The notes under the pieces: model-generated
Told to the model about the DNA's origin: nothing
The model's database searches: none
Seen by the model: the letters and a program-made list of their open reading frames with translations, nothing else
Source: an uncultured bacterium
Lineage (GTDB): Bacteria > Cyanobacteriota > Vampirovibrionia > Gastranaerophilales > Gastranaerophilaceae
Length of the DNA: 64,000 nucleotides
Assembly (NCBI GenBank): GCA_902802825.1
Contig: CADCNV010000001.1
Location: forward strand, 567 to 64,566
Direction of reading: 5' to 3'
Position numbers and translations under genes: made by a program
Shown here: positions 46,447-55,747 of the stretch, in pieces
Numbering within the stretch: position 1 is the stretch's first letter
Layout: each line of letters starts with the position of its first letter

Positions 46447-46700
46447 AATTTAATCTCCTTATTAACGCTTTATATACTACCACAAATGTATTTTTTATGC
46501 CATATCTCATCCGTTTGATTTATCTTTTTGTAACATTCTTTACATGGGTTGATTAATTTTATATAATTTTATTTAGAAAACCGAGGAGATTTTTATATAT
46601 TTCGTAACATGTTGTAATATAAAGTAATATTTTTATTTATTTGTAAGAAAATATACTCAAGGATATATAGTTGGATATATAAAAGAAAGTGATCACAATA

Positions 46701-47003
46701 ATGAAAAATTTTAACATTTTAGAAAAATTAACTGGCTTATCAACTCTTATTATTGCTTGTATTTTTATGGTATCAGTTCCTGCGTCTGCAGATATGGTAT
46801 CAAATGCAGGTTTAATTCCGGCGGGTTATGGTTATACTCACGGCAGAATTCCTGTTGTTGAAGCAACGGGCAAACCGGAAATTCACGATGCAGCAATTAT
46901 GAGATATGACAAAAACAGCCGTATCAGGGATATTGATAGCGGCGCGGCTGAAAATCCGAATTACGCCGAATCAAATGATGGTGTAAGACGTAAAGATTTT
47001 TAA
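46701..47003 (+). CDS. Small exported protein paralogous to the N-terminal extension of the adjacent TpsB
   Basis: Signal peptide ...VPASA|D. HDAAIMRYDKNSRIRD and NPNYAESND resemble HDRDMMKFDRDSRDE and NPVKNYASPNSD of the next ORF. Confidence 0.55.
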   Translation: MKNFNILEKLTGLSTLIIACIFMVSVPASADMVSNAGLIPAGYGYTHGRIPVVEATGKPEIHDAAIMRYDKNSRIRDIDSGAAENPNYAESNDGVRRKDF

Positions 47004-47045
47004 TAAGAAAATAACTAGATATATAAAATAGAAGGTGAATAGATA

Positions 47046-49028
47046 ATGAAAAGTAGTAGAAATTTAAAAGCATTCTTTGGTATGGCTTTGGCTGTATCAG
47101 TTTGTTGTATTCTTTCTTCTGTGCCTGCAAATGCGGAGGATATTCCAACAGGCATACAGCTGTTAAGGAATGAACAAGGTGGTGCAACTCAGCACGACCG
47201 TGATATGATGAAATTTGATCGTGACAGTCGTGATGAAGCGTCTGATTACGGTAACTACAGTCGTCAACGTTACGGTACAAACGGTAATCCCGTAAAAAAT
47301 TATGCATCTCCAAACAGTGACTATATGAAGGCAACAATTGATGAAATTGGCACAAAAGGTGTTTATGTAAACTCAATTGAAGTCTCTCCGTCAGAAATTT
47401 TATCTCAGGATGAAATCAATGGCGTAATCGGTCAATACGTTGGTAAAAACGTATTTATGAGTGACATTCAGGAAGCAATAAACGGAATCAACAAACTTTA
47501 TGCAGAAAAAGGATATGTAACTGCAAGAGCATATCTCCCTGAACAAACCGTTTCAAACGGAAATATTAAAATTGAACTTATCGAAAGTAAAATTGGTAAT
47601 GTAACTGTTAAAAATAACAGATATACTACAAGTAATTATATTTTAAACCGTATGCCTGAAAAATCAGGACAATTATTTGATATTGTGGGTTTAGAAAATG
47701 ATGTTTTGGATTTCAACAGATATCACGATGGAGTTAACCTAAGTGCAAACTTAAAAGCAGGTCAGACTCCCGGAACTACCGATATTGAATTGACGGCTCA
47801 GGAAACATTCCCGCTTCACATTATCGGTATGTTTGATAATGCGGGTCGTTACTCAACAGGTTCATTAAGAGGCGGTCCTGCTATTATCGTTGACTCTTTG
47901 TTCCACCAAAGAGACCAAATGTCATCCGGTGTTTACTTCTCTAAAGGTGTAATAAGTCCGTTCTTTGATTATAGTATTCCAATCAACAGAAAAGATGGTA
48001 GAATCGGTTTTTCATTCACTTCATCTTTTGCCAGAGTTGTTAACGGATCTTCTACTGTTACTAATTTGGGTTTGAGAAGTAATTCTTATGTTTATAGCTT
48101 GTACTATGATCAGCCGATTGTCAGAAAAAGAGGTTTTGAATTCAAAACTTATGCTGCTTTGAACTACAAACGTTCAAGATCTTGGTCTAAATACGATGGC
48201 ATATATGAAGATATTATTGGTTACAGTCCATTTAAAAAATTAACTCAAATTACAAGCTTGGATGCCGGCTTTAATTTAAGAAAAGATACAAAATACGGTA
48301 TTTGGTATTTAAACCAGATGGCTAGTATGGCATTTCCTATATTTGACAGTGAATCAAGTTATTTTAAATATTCAGGTAGTATCTTAAGATTACATGATTT
48401 CTCTCACGGCTTTATAGGTCAATTGAGAAGTAATTATCAAATTATTCCTAATGACAAACATATTCCTTATTTGGATTTATTCCAGACAGGTGGTTTGGCT
48501 ACAGTCAGAGGTTACTCAGAAGGTGTATTGATGGGTAAAAACGGATATTTAATCAGTGGTGAATTGATGTTCCCTCTTTTACCAAGAACAATAACAACAA
48601 AAGACGGCAAGATTCATAACTTTATCGGAAATTACATAAAAGGTGCGGTATTTGCTGATACTGCGGGGGTATTCCCGTATAGAGGTGAAGACGTTTATGG
48701 TGGAAGTTACTTCTTAGCATCATTAGGTATGGGTTTAAGAGTTCAGTTACCGGGTGACTTGAGTGCAAGATTATATTGGGGCTATCCGTTAGTTAACAAC
48801 AGATATGAAACTGATAGAAAATACGGAAGATTCCATTTTGAATTGACTGTTGAACCGGATTTAGACAGATTGCTTGCAAAAAGACAGCCAAAAGCGCCTG
48901 TTGTTGAACCGCCTGCTCCTCAACCGGAACCGGAACCAAAGGAAGCACCTCCAATCGAATTGCCTAATAACTATGATGATGTCAGACACTATGACTACAT
49001 GTTAGACGGAAGTGCAACTGCATTGTAA
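47046..49028 (+). CDS. ShlB/FhaC/HecB-family (TpsB) outer-membrane transporter
   Basis: Signal peptide. POTRA region (KGYVTARAYLPEQTVSNGNIKIELIESKIGNVTV). FQTGGLATVRGY barrel motif. An extra Pro-rich ~60-aa tail follows the barrel. Confidence 0.8.
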   Translation: MKSSRNLKAFFGMALAVSVCCILSSVPANAEDIPTGIQLLRNEQGGATQHDRDMMKFDRDSRDEASDYGNYSRQRYGTNGNPVKNYASPNSDYMKATIDEIGTKGVYVNSIEVSPSEILSQDEINGVIGQYVGKNVFMSDIQEAINGINKLYAEKGYVTARAYLPEQTVSNGNIKIELIESKIGNVTVKNNRYTTSNYILNRMPEKSGQLFDIVGLENDVLDFNRYHDGVNLSANLKAGQTPGTTDIELTAQETFPLHIIGMFDNAGRYSTGSLRGGPAIIVDSLFHQRDQMSSGVYFSKGVISPFFDYSIPINRKDGRIGFSFTSSFARVVNGSSTVTNLGLRSNSYVYSLYYDQPIVRKRGFEFKTYAALNYKRSRSWSKYDGIYEDIIGYSPFKKLTQITSLDAGFNLRKDTKYGIWYLNQMASMAFPIFDSESSYFKYSGSILRLHDFSHGFIGQLRSNYQIIPNDKHIPYLDLFQTGGLATVRGYSEGVLMGKNGYLISGELMFPLLPRTITTKDGKIHNFIGNYIKGAVFADTAGVFPYRGEDVYGGSYFLASLGMGLRVQLPGDLSARLYWGYPLVNNRYETDRKYGRFHFELTVEPDLDRLLAKRQPKAPVVEPPAPQPEPEPKEAPPIELPNNYDDVRHYDYMLDGSATAL

Positions 49029-49051
49029 TAAAACAAAAATAATGTAATATA

Positions 49052-49095
49052 AAATGAATAAGGGTCGTGGATAATATTCACGGCCCATTTCATTT
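49052..49095. terminator. Bidirectional terminator
   Basis: aatgaa..gggtcgtg / gataatatt / cacggccc..ttcatt. Confidence 0.6.
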
Positions 49096-49100
49096 GTAAA

Positions 49101-49838
49101 TTATTTATTTACTCCGTAGCCAAACATTGCAAAATCGTATTTTATCGGATCTTCCGGGCAAAATTCTTTCAACTTGTTTGTCAATTCCGTTACAGCTTTA
49201 AAATCATTTGCGTTGCGTTTAAGCAGCCCCATTTGTCTTGAGATTCTTCCAACGTGAACATCAAGCGGAATATATAATTCCGATGGCTTCATAAAATGCC
49301 ATATTCCGGCATCAACAGACGATTTTCGCACCATCCATCTAAGATACATACACATTCTTTTCATCGCTCCGCCATTACGCGGATTCGGTATCATATGGTA
49401 AAACCCTTGCCCGACAGATTTATCTGCTCTTGAATAAAAATAATCCGTAACGGTTTCAAACATTTTGTTTTGTTTGTAACCGTATCTGAAAAGTTCTTCT
49501 AAGCCACCCGAATTTGAATATAATTCTTTTAAAATCTCAAATATAGATATAAAATCATATGGTTTTCCAAATCTGTAATTAAAATCTCCGATAAGTTTTG
49601 GTTCAAAGTTCAGTATAAAATTAAGCGGCTCATTTTGTGCTATGTTGATAAATAAATTATCAAGCTTTCTGATAAACTGTTTTCTGCTTCCGTAAGCAAG
49701 TAGTGATGCTATAAAACCGGCAAGTTCAATGTCTTTTTTTTCTTTAAACCTGTGAATGAATTGAACAGGATCATCTTTGATAAAATCCTCATTTTCATAT
49801 TTCAAGACAAGTTCATCAAGTTCTGATTTTGTAATCAT
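49101..49838 (-). CDS. DUF2400/TIGR02757-like protein
   Basis: DPVQFIHRF...ELAGFIASLLAYGSRKQ pattern, assigned from memory of the family. 245 aa. Confidence 0.5.
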   Translation of the reverse strand: MITKSELDELVLKYENEDFIKDDPVQFIHRFKEKKDIELAGFIASLLAYGSRKQFIRKLDNLFINIAQNEPLNFILNFEPKLIGDFNYRFGKPYDFISIFEILKELYSNSGGLEELFRYGYKQNKMFETVTDYFYSRADKSVGQGFYHMIPNPRNGGAMKRMCMYLRWMVRKSSVDAGIWHFMKPSELYIPLDVHVGRISRQMGLLKRNANDFKAVTELTNKLKEFCPEDPIKYDFAMFGYGVNK

Positions 49839-49841
49839 AAT

Positions 49842-51614
49842 TTATGAAATCTCTCTTATGAGTTCCTGTGCTTCTTCGCATTCAGGGAACGTATCAACAA
49901 TTTTATCAAGATATTGTAGTGCCTCATCAGTTTGTTTAAGTTCGATGCAGCATTTTGCTAAATTTAATAAAGTATTGATATTCATCGGTGATTTTTCAAG
50001 CATGTTATTAAATATTATTTTTGCCTGATTAAAATCTTTCAGATTAAAGTAGCACAAAGCTAAAAGATTCTGAGTTTCAGGAAGTTTTTCCATTTCAAAA
50101 GATTTAATAAGATAATCTTTTGCTCTTTCAAAATTGTCTGATAAGAAATAAATTCTTCCGGCAATAAAGAATAAAAATGCTGAGGCAGGAGATTTTGTAA
50201 GTGCATTCTTTATTTGTTCTGTAGCTTTGTCTATTTGTTTTAAATGCGTTTTATTTAATGCCGAAAAAGCTAGAGCTGTTGAATTATCAGGTTTTAGAGC
50301 CAAAGCTTTGGCATACATTTCATCTGCTTTTTCAAAATCGGATGTTGCGTGAAAGTAATTTGCATATTCTATAATTATTGAAAAATCATCTGGTGCACAT
50401 TCATAAGCTTTATCAAATTCATCTTTTGCATAATCAAAAAGTCTTTTATTCAAATAAATTACGGCTAAATCTTTATGTGCATTTGCAAATTTCGGTTCAA
50501 TTTTTGTAACTTTTTTGAGCATATTTTCGGCTCTGTCTGTATCTCCGGTTTTTATGCATAGCATTGCAAGTTCATAGTAGGGCATAAAATCTGTAGAACC
50601 GAATTTTATTATTTTTTCATAAATTTCTTTGGCATTTGATATTTGACCTGTCATAATATATGCAGAAGCAAGTTTTTTCAATATTGGTACTGATTTCGGA
50701 TTCATAATACTAAGTTGTAAAAGTATTGATATTGCTGCATCATATTGCCCAATCATCTGTAAACAGCTTGCAAGGTTTAATTTATATGTTGTTTTTTGAG
50801 GATATGCGGCAGAAAGATATTTGTAATGTTCAATAGCTTCCGCAATTCTGTTTGCTTTGATTTCTGATATAGCCCAGGCAATTACGTATCCGTCATCCCC
50901 GGGTTCAAGATTGTGAGCTTTTTCAAAATATTCACAGGCCTTTTCGTGCTCGTCCTGCATTTGTAAGATTGATGCAATATTAAAATATGCCAGTGAGTCT
51001 GACGGCTCAAGTTCAATTGATTTTTCGTAAGTTTCAATTGCCTTATCAAGTTTACCGGTCGTAAGATAAGATGTTCCTAAATTGTTGTATAATTGAACAT
51101 TCTTCGGGTCGAGTTCAATGGCTTTTTCAATATATTGTATGCTCCCTTCAAAATCCTGAGCTGCCATACATGCGGTTCCCGCAATATAATAAAAAGCATA
51201 ATCTTCTTTATCTGCGTATTTTAGTCCTTCCTTGGCAAATTCAATAGCTTTTTGGGGGTTTTGAGATTTAATTTGAACAATTGCCATGCTTTTATATGCG
51301 TCCACATATTCCGGACGAAGCTCTATAACCTTTGAATATGCATGTTTTGCTTCGATTAACTGATCAAGATTGTCATAGCAGCAACCCAAATAGTACCAGC
51401 AAATAGCATCATCCTGACGATATTTGATTATATCTTCCAGGATTTTTCTTGCTTGATCGTAATTTCCAACATTTACTTCACATAATGCAACAAGTTTAAG
51501 GGCATCGATGTCTTTTTCATTTTTTGTAATAATATTGGCAAGGAGTTCTTTTGCTTTTATATACTCTCCCTTTTCAATAAGATTATATATTTTTTCGATT
51601 TCTTTTTCTTCCAT
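49842..51614 (-). CDS. Tetratricopeptide-repeat protein
   Basis: About 15 consecutive 34-aa TPR units (A..Y..AL...P....A...LG). Confidence 0.85.
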   Translation of the reverse strand: MEEKEIEKIYNLIEKGEYIKAKELLANIITKNEKDIDALKLVALCEVNVGNYDQARKILEDIIKYRQDDAICWYYLGCCYDNLDQLIEAKHAYSKVIELRPEYVDAYKSMAIVQIKSQNPQKAIEFAKEGLKYADKEDYAFYYIAGTACMAAQDFEGSIQYIEKAIELDPKNVQLYNNLGTSYLTTGKLDKAIETYEKSIELEPSDSLAYFNIASILQMQDEHEKACEYFEKAHNLEPGDDGYVIAWAISEIKANRIAEAIEHYKYLSAAYPQKTTYKLNLASCLQMIGQYDAAISILLQLSIMNPKSVPILKKLASAYIMTGQISNAKEIYEKIIKFGSTDFMPYYELAMLCIKTGDTDRAENMLKKVTKIEPKFANAHKDLAVIYLNKRLFDYAKDEFDKAYECAPDDFSIIIEYANYFHATSDFEKADEMYAKALALKPDNSTALAFSALNKTHLKQIDKATEQIKNALTKSPASAFLFFIAGRIYFLSDNFERAKDYLIKSFEMEKLPETQNLLALCYFNLKDFNQAKIIFNNMLEKSPMNINTLLNLAKCCIELKQTDEALQYLDKIVDTFPECEEAQELIREIS

Positions 51615-51629
51615 AACAAGAATATTATA

Positions 51630-52451
51630 TCACAAGTTCATTCGGTATTTCATCCCGAATTTTATGATTTTATTCAGTAATCCCTGCGGCAGTATTGACA
51701 TTATTTGGGCGAATTTTGCATCTTTGCCTATTGTATAGGAAGATTTAGGATTTTTATTCTTATCAATTTTTATTATTAAGTCTGCAACTTTAGATACAGA
51801 CAGCCCTTTTGCAGAATTCTTCAGGGCATTTCTTTTAATAAAGTCAAGCTCTTGTGCATATTCTGTACAACTTTCAAGATATTGCAGGTTGGCATTAACA
51901 GATTTTTCCCATATAGGGGTTGCTATTACTCCCGGTTTTACTGATATTATTTTTAAATTTTTATGATTTTCAAGTTCCAGTGCATTAAAGAATATATCCA
52001 AAGCTCTTTTTGATGCACAATAAGGACTTATAAACGGGAATATCCCAAAACTCGACATAGAGCTTATATTTATAATTTTTGAATTATCAAGAACAGGCAT
52101 TAAATTTTGTGTAAATTCTATATGCGAAAACGTATTTACATCAAATTGCTCTCTGAGTCGTTGTGTATCAATTTTTTCTATCGGACCTGCAACGACTGAA
52201 CCTGCAACATTTATTATGGTATCAACATGATTTGTTTCAGTTTTTATAAATTCGGCTGCCTTAATAACAGATTCTCTGTTATTCATATCAATATAAAAAT
52301 ATTTTACATTTTTTCGGTTATCTGAAGGTATTTTTTGTTCATTACGATATCCGGCATAAATTACAGAATCTTCATTATTACACAATTTTTCCAAAATTGC
52401 TTTACCGATGCCTGACGTTGAACCGGTAATAACATACACTTTTTCCATCAT
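51630..52451 (-). CDS. Short-chain dehydrogenase/reductase
   Basis: TGSTSGIGKA cofactor motif and YCASKRAL catalytic motif. Confidence 0.85.
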   Translation of the reverse strand: MMEKVYVITGSTSGIGKAILEKLCNNEDSVIYAGYRNEQKIPSDNRKNVKYFYIDMNNRESVIKAAEFIKTETNHVDTIINVAGSVVAGPIEKIDTQRLREQFDVNTFSHIEFTQNLMPVLDNSKIINISSMSSFGIFPFISPYCASKRALDIFFNALELENHKNLKIISVKPGVIATPIWEKSVNANLQYLESCTEYAQELDFIKRNALKNSAKGLSVSKVADLIIKIDKNKNPKSSYTIGKDAKFAQIMSILPQGLLNKIIKFGMKYRMNL

Positions 52452-53675
52452 TTACATTCCCATATAAGAAGCAAACAGCGGTAAGTACAAGGCAGAGGCC
52501 AAAACAAGAACAATAGTTCCTATAACAACAAGCATTATTGGTTCAATCATTCTCGTCATTAAGTCGATAGTGTTGTCCAATGCTTTATCAATATAACTTA
52601 CTGCCTGTCCGAGCATATCGCCCAAACGTCCGGATTGTTCACCTGTTGCGATCATAAACAAAATCATTTTAGGCATTGTTCTGGTTGCTCTCAATGCTGC
52701 TGACAAATGCTGACCTTGTTGAATTTTTAATGTTGCTTCTTCAACTCTTTTTTCAAGTGTGTGATTCGTCAGGGTTAAATTTGCAAGATACAAACATTCC
52801 AGAATTGGTACACCTGCGTCATATGCGACTTGCATGACAGCTATAAAGTTGGCAAAATTTGCAAATTGAATTAATTTTGACAATAAAGGAATTTTCAATA
52901 CATATTCATCAATTTTCCATTTACTCGGTTTCCATTTGAACAGAAAATTTATTCCAAAAATAGCACTGGCAAAGACAACAGGTATTGAAATCCAATTCTG
53001 TTTTAAGAATATACCCGTATTCATCAGTACCTCGGTAATCCATGGCAATTGCATCCCCATCTGATCAAACATATCTTTAAATACAGGAAATACAAATACT
53101 AACATAACAATGACGATGAATATTGCAAGTAAAATGATAAATGCAGGATACATTAATGTTCCTATTACCTTGGTTCTGATATTTGACTGTTTATTTAAAA
53201 GTTCGAGTAAACGGTCTAAAGTTTTTTCAAGTTCACCGGCATCTTCCCCTGTTTTAACAAGGCCGATATATACGTGCCCAAATTGTTCCGGGTATTTCGC
53301 AATTGTTCCGGCAAAAGTACCCCCGTTCATAATTTGTTTTCTTAATTCTGCTGCAACCTGACGCATTTTTAATTTAGCCGCATCATTTTCAATGAACATT
53401 AAAGATTCAATTATAGGTATACCTGCAGCAGCAAGTATTTGCAGAGTAGATGTGAATTCTATTTGTTCGGATAATCCCATTTTTGGCATACGGGCAACAG
53501 CTTTTTTACTGTTTTTATCTTTTTGCGATACTGTATTTTCTTCAATAATCGATGTTGGGGTATAACCCATTGAACGTATTTCAGTTCTGGCTTCTCGCAG
53601 ATTAGCTGCTTCAACTTGCCCCTTTACTATATCGCTTGTTCCGTTTTTATATGCTGTATAATTGTATCTTGCCAT
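52452..53675 (-). CDS. pilC: Type IV pilus/T2SS platform protein (GspF/PilC family)
   Basis: Two GspF repeats and 3 TM segments. 407 aa. Confidence 0.85.
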   Translation of the reverse strand: MARYNYTAYKNGTSDIVKGQVEAANLREARTEIRSMGYTPTSIIEENTVSQKDKNSKKAVARMPKMGLSEQIEFTSTLQILAAAGIPIIESLMFIENDAAKLKMRQVAAELRKQIMNGGTFAGTIAKYPEQFGHVYIGLVKTGEDAGELEKTLDRLLELLNKQSNIRTKVIGTLMYPAFIILLAIFIVIVMLVFVFPVFKDMFDQMGMQLPWITEVLMNTGIFLKQNWISIPVVFASAIFGINFLFKWKPSKWKIDEYVLKIPLLSKLIQFANFANFIAVMQVAYDAGVPILECLYLANLTLTNHTLEKRVEEATLKIQQGQHLSAALRATRTMPKMILFMIATGEQSGRLGDMLGQAVSYIDKALDNTIDLMTRMIEPIMLVVIGTIVLVLASALYLPLFASYMGM

Positions 53676-53676
53676 A

Positions 53677-55722
53677 CTATTCGCCCGCCAAACCTAATAC
53701 TCTGACAAATTCATTTATTGTCGTGTGTCCTTGTAATATATGTTGAATGCAGGATTCTCTCAATGTAGTCATTCCGTGTTCAACTGCATTTTCTTCAATT
53801 TCCAAATCATGAGCCCCTTGCGCTATGAGTTTTTTAATATCCTTTGTAATCGGCATTATTTCATAGACCCCCATACGACCTCTGTAACCCTGGAAATTAC
53901 AATGATTACATCCCGCAGCTTTATATATAGGAGTTTTCATCAAAGTTTCTATTTCATCTTCATCAAGTGTTAAACGCATTGCTTCTTCTCTTGTGCAATG
54001 ATATTCGACTTTGCAGTCATCACATAATCTTCTGACAAGACGTTGAGCTACAACTCCTGATAATGTTGATGATACCAAGTAATCTTTTGCACCCATTTCA
54101 ATTAAACGTGTAACAGTTGCAGCAGCCGAGTTTGTGTGGACTGTGCTTAATACAAGGTGCCCTGTTAATGCGGCTGAAATAGCCGTTTCTAATGTTTCAT
54201 AGTCACGGATTTCACCGATTAATATAATATCAGGGTCCTGACGTAAAATAGCACGCATACAAGATGCAAATGTAATACCTGCTTTGACGTTTACCTGAGA
54301 TTGGTTAATACCGTCAAGTTTAATTTCTATCGGGTCTTCAATTGTAGTGATATTAACCGATTCATCGTTCAAACTTTTTAGAATTGAATATAATGTAGTT
54401 GTTTTACCTGAACCTGTCGGACCTGATGTTAAGATAATTCCGTTTGGACAAGATACCATTTTTGTGATTTCTTCAAGGTCAGATTGACTTGCTCCGACCA
54501 ATTTAATAATTTTATCTTCGGATTTTAAACTTACGGCAGGAGCCAAAATACGGATTACAACCTTTTCTTTTCCGGACACAGGCAGAGTGTTGATACGGAA
54601 ATCATAGTTCATATCTTTATATGGCAGGGTAAAGGTACCGTCCTGAGGCCTTCTTTGCTCTGCAATATTCATTCTTGACAAAACTTTAAAACGTGTAATA
54701 ACTGAAGATTCTGCTTTGTCAGGGATATCGAGAGCTTTTTGTAAGATGCCGTCTTTTCTGTATCTTACAATATATCCATTTAGTCTTGGTTCAATGTGAA
54801 TATCTGAAACTTTATTATCAATTGCGTTTGTAATAATCTGATTTACAAATTTCGCGACCGTACCGGTTGAATCCAAAAGTTCTGCATCTAATTGATCTGA
54901 CAAGCTTGCTTCAATTTCAGATTCAATAGTTTCTGTTTTAATCTGTTCAAGAATACGCTCTGTTTGTTTTTTACGTTTTGAGAAAAATACTTCTAATGAA
55001 TTTTGGAATTCATAATGAGTCATTAAAAGCTGTCTTGGATTTTGACCGGTAATATAAATTATTGCTTTTAATACATCCTGTTTTAGTGGCTTTAAGACTC
55101 CGACTGTCAGTGTTTTCCCGTCAGAAGATATCGGAATAACCGAATTTGTACGTATAAAATCCTCAGGTAACTTGTTTATGTAGCTTTTTTGTTCCTGCAA
55201 TTGTTCTGCTGAAACAAGCTTATATCCGGTTTGTTCACTCAATGCGGACTTTAAATCGGCCAAGGTAATATAACCCATTTCATAAAGGGTTGAACCAACC
55301 GGTGCATTTGAGCGTTTTGCTTCTGTTAAGGCATCATTCAATTGCTCCTGAGTAATTAATCCTTTTTTAATGAGTAATTCTCCGAGCTTACCTCCGACAG
55401 GTTCGGCTATCATTACGGGTGCATCTTTTTTTTGTGCAACTTTCGGAGTCTCATCTTTTTTATCTTCTTTAACGAAGTCATTTAACAATTCATTTAAAAC
55501 GTCATCTCCACCAACAGGCATAAATCGAATAGGATTCGGATAATATCGTTTTATAATCTGACTTATCCTGTCCATATTTGATTTCTTTGAAATAGCAACA
55601 AATAATTGACCTTGCCGGATACTTATAGGTAAAAATTTCATTTTACCCATTGAAGTTTTATCCATTTTGTCAATTATTGTTGTATCTATACTGTTTTTTA
55701 TTCTTGATATAACTTCGTTCAT
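53677..55722 (-). CDS. pilB: Type IV pilus/T2SS assembly ATPase (GspE/PilB family)
   Basis: Walker A GPTGSGKTTT, Asp/His boxes, tetracysteine motif CDDC...CNHC, N-terminal GSPII_E_N-like repeats. Confidence 0.9.
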   Translation of the reverse strand: MNEVISRIKNSIDTTIIDKMDKTSMGKMKFLPISIRQGQLFVAISKKSNMDRISQIIKRYYPNPIRFMPVGGDDVLNELLNDFVKEDKKDETPKVAQKKDAPVMIAEPVGGKLGELLIKKGLITQEQLNDALTEAKRSNAPVGSTLYEMGYITLADLKSALSEQTGYKLVSAEQLQEQKSYINKLPEDFIRTNSVIPISSDGKTLTVGVLKPLKQDVLKAIIYITGQNPRQLLMTHYEFQNSLEVFFSKRKKQTERILEQIKTETIESEIEASLSDQLDAELLDSTGTVAKFVNQIITNAIDNKVSDIHIEPRLNGYIVRYRKDGILQKALDIPDKAESSVITRFKVLSRMNIAEQRRPQDGTFTLPYKDMNYDFRINTLPVSGKEKVVIRILAPAVSLKSEDKIIKLVGASQSDLEEITKMVSCPNGIILTSGPTGSGKTTTLYSILKSLNDESVNITTIEDPIEIKLDGINQSQVNVKAGITFASCMRAILRQDPDIILIGEIRDYETLETAISAALTGHLVLSTVHTNSAAATVTRLIEMGAKDYLVSSTLSGVVAQRLVRRLCDDCKVEYHCTREEAMRLTLDEDEIETLMKTPIYKAAGCNHCNFQGYRGRMGVYEIMPITKDIKKLIAQGAHDLEIEENAVEHGMTTLRESCIQHILQGHTTINEFVRVLGLAGE

Positions 55723-55747
55723 TTATGTTTTGTCTGGATTATCTTTA

